DNA from: an uncultured cyanobacterium
GTDB taxonomy: Bacteria; Cyanobacteriota; Cyanobacteriia; Cyanobacteriales; CAWUOF01
Assembly: GCA_963744145.1 (NCBI GenBank)
Contig: CAVUSO010000001.1
Span: 320,001 to 384,000 of the forward strand
Direction: 5' to 3'
DNA length: 64,000 bases
Both the position numbers and the translations under genes were made by a program. The notes under the pieces were generated by a model that saw only the letters and a list, made by a program, of their open reading frames with translations, searched no databases and was not told the origin of the DNA. This document shows, piece by piece, positions 62,500-64,000 of this stretch (its first letter is position 1; each line of letters opens with the position of its first letter).

Positions 62500-63063
62500 A
62501 TGGTACTTCCGATTCAGATCTATAGTCGTGAAGAATATTTAAGTTTAGAAATTGACGCTGATGGTCGCAGTGAATATCACAACGGAGAGATTATTCCCAT
62601 GTCTGGTGGTACTCCCAACCATAATGAAATTGTTGGTGCTTTGACCGTTATACTTAGGGTTGCTTTAAAAGGTAAGGGATTACAAGTATTTGCTTCTGAT
62701 CAACGATTATGGATTCCTCAATCTCAAGTTTATACCTATCCTGATTTAATGGTTGTTTCTCGTCCAATTCAGTTACAAGAAGGACGCAAAGATACTGTGA
62801 TTGAGCCTATTTTTATAGGAGAGGTATTATCTAATTCTACTAAGAATTATGACCGGGGTGAAAAGTTTGTTCATTATCGAACAATTTCCAGCTTTCAAGA
62901 ATATTTGTTAATTGACCAATCTCAACCTCATGTTGAGAAATATGTTAAGCAAGAGCTGGATGAATGGTTGTTTAAGGAATATCATGGTTTAGATGCTAGG
63001 GTGACTCTTTCTTCTCTTGGGGTAGAGTTTGGTTTGTCTGATTTGTACGAAGATGTCTGTTAA
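62500..63063 (+). CDS. Uma2-family endonuclease
   Basis: EEYL..E..SEYHNGEIIPMSGGT..H, YTYPD, EVLS.ST..YDRGEKF. Confidence 0.9.
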   Translation: MVLPIQIYSREEYLSLEIDADGRSEYHNGEIIPMSGGTPNHNEIVGALTVILRVALKGKGLQVFASDQRLWIPQSQVYTYPDLMVVSRPIQLQEGRKDTVIEPIFIGEVLSNSTKNYDRGEKFVHYRTISSFQEYLLIDQSQPHVEKYVKQELDEWLFKEYHGLDARVTLSSLGVEFGLSDLYEDVC

Positions 63064-63094
63064 TTTTAGATCCAAAAGATGATCAATGCGATCG

Positions 63095-64000
63095 CTAATT
63101 AGCCAGAATAAATTCCCGACGTGGTACTTCATAACACAAAAAATCATAAGCCATAATTGTATTGGGAAAAATTGCTCGCGCTTCGTTGAGTAAATCATCC
63201 AGAATAATTGAATTACCAGGAGCATAGCGAGGACTGAAATGAGTCATAACTAATTGTTTTACCCCTGCGGAAAGAGCAACTTGAGCTGCCATAGTTGAAG
63301 TTGAATGTAAGCGATCGTAAGCTAGTTGAGCATCTTGATGAGCAAAGGTCGCTTCGTGAATTAATACATCTGCATCTGTAGCTAATTCTACGGCTCCATC
63401 ACAATAAATTGTGTCAGTACAATAAACAATTTTACGCCCAATTTCTTTCGGTCCACAGAGATCCAGTCCATTAATTTTACGTCCGTCTGGTAAAGTTACG
63501 ATTTCACCACGTTTCAGTTGACCATAAATTGGACCAGAAGGAATTCCTAGTGCATTGGCTTTTTCTACATTAAAACGTCCAGGTCGATCTTTTTCCGCAA
63601 TTCGATACCCCACTGCGGGTATCCGATGTTTCAGTAGTCCGCAACTCACTATATATTCTTCATCTTCAAAAAGTATACCAGGTTCTGATTTGTAGATTTT
63701 GATTGGGTAAGAAAAATGAGTTTGAGAATAACGTACAGCTCCTTGGAGATATTTCTCTAAATCCGATGGACCATAAATGTCGATCCGATTTGGTTGTCCA
63801 CCTAAACCAGCACTAGCTAAAAGACCAGGTAATCCAAAGATATGATCACCGTGCATATGGGTGATAAAAAGTCGCGTTAATTGACTGATTTTTAATTCAC
63901 TCCGTAGTAGTTGATGTTGAGTTCCTTCTCCACAGTCGAATAACCAGAATTCTGCTCTTTGGGGTAGACGTAAAGCAATACTGGAAACATTACGCGATCG
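63095..64000 (-). CDS. rnz: Ribonuclease Z (5' end lies outside the window)
   Basis: [39 protein letters not shown]. Confidence 0.95.
   Translation of the reverse strand, partial: RSRNVSSIALRLPQRAEFWLFDCGEGTQHQLLRSELKISQLTRLFITHMHGDHIFGLPGLLASAGLGGQPNRIDIYGPSDLEKYLQGAVRYSQTHFSYPIKIYKSEPGILFEDEEYIVSCGLLKHRIPAVGYRIAEKDRPGRFNVEKANALGIPSGPIYGQLKRGEIVTLPDGRKINGLDLCGPKEIGRKIVYCTDTIYCDGAVELATDADVLIHEATFAHQDAQLAYDRLHSTSTMAAQVALSAGVKQLVMTHFSPRYAPGNSIILDDLLNEARAIFPNTIMAYDFLCYEVPRREFILAN

Overview
AT-rich cyanobacterial chromosome segment (abundant HIP1 octamer GCGATCGC). From left to right it holds: the nifB-nifS-nifU and nifP(cysE)-nifV-nifZ-nifT arms of a nif cluster around a divergent promoter with six TGAGTACA boxes; an accessory or defence-like island at about 7-22 kb (two Ser/Thr kinase-GUN4 paralogs, a caspase-GUN4-GUN4 gene with a small partner gene, HNH and GIY-YIG nucleases, a PIN toxin-antitoxin pair, a decayed IS701); NDH-2; a giant kinase-AAA-GAF-HK-REC protein; a CHAT/CHASE2/DUF928 cluster facing five tandem filamentous-haemagglutinin (TPS) genes; Uma2 genes, a second toxin-antitoxin pair, comF and rnz. 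The main finding concerns five GUN4 domains. Each ends in an unalignable segment (37, 67, 70, 86 or 99 nt; strongly G-rich in the three counted) between a conserved GHLP codon block and a conserved DNA element. That element has stop codons in all three frames, is read in all three frames by different copies, and in four copies continues as a conserved non-coding tail of about 70-100 bp. This suggests a site-targeted, indel-tolerant system that diversifies protein C-termini and differs from a classical DGR. No candidate enzyme is visible in the window, so the mechanism is inference.
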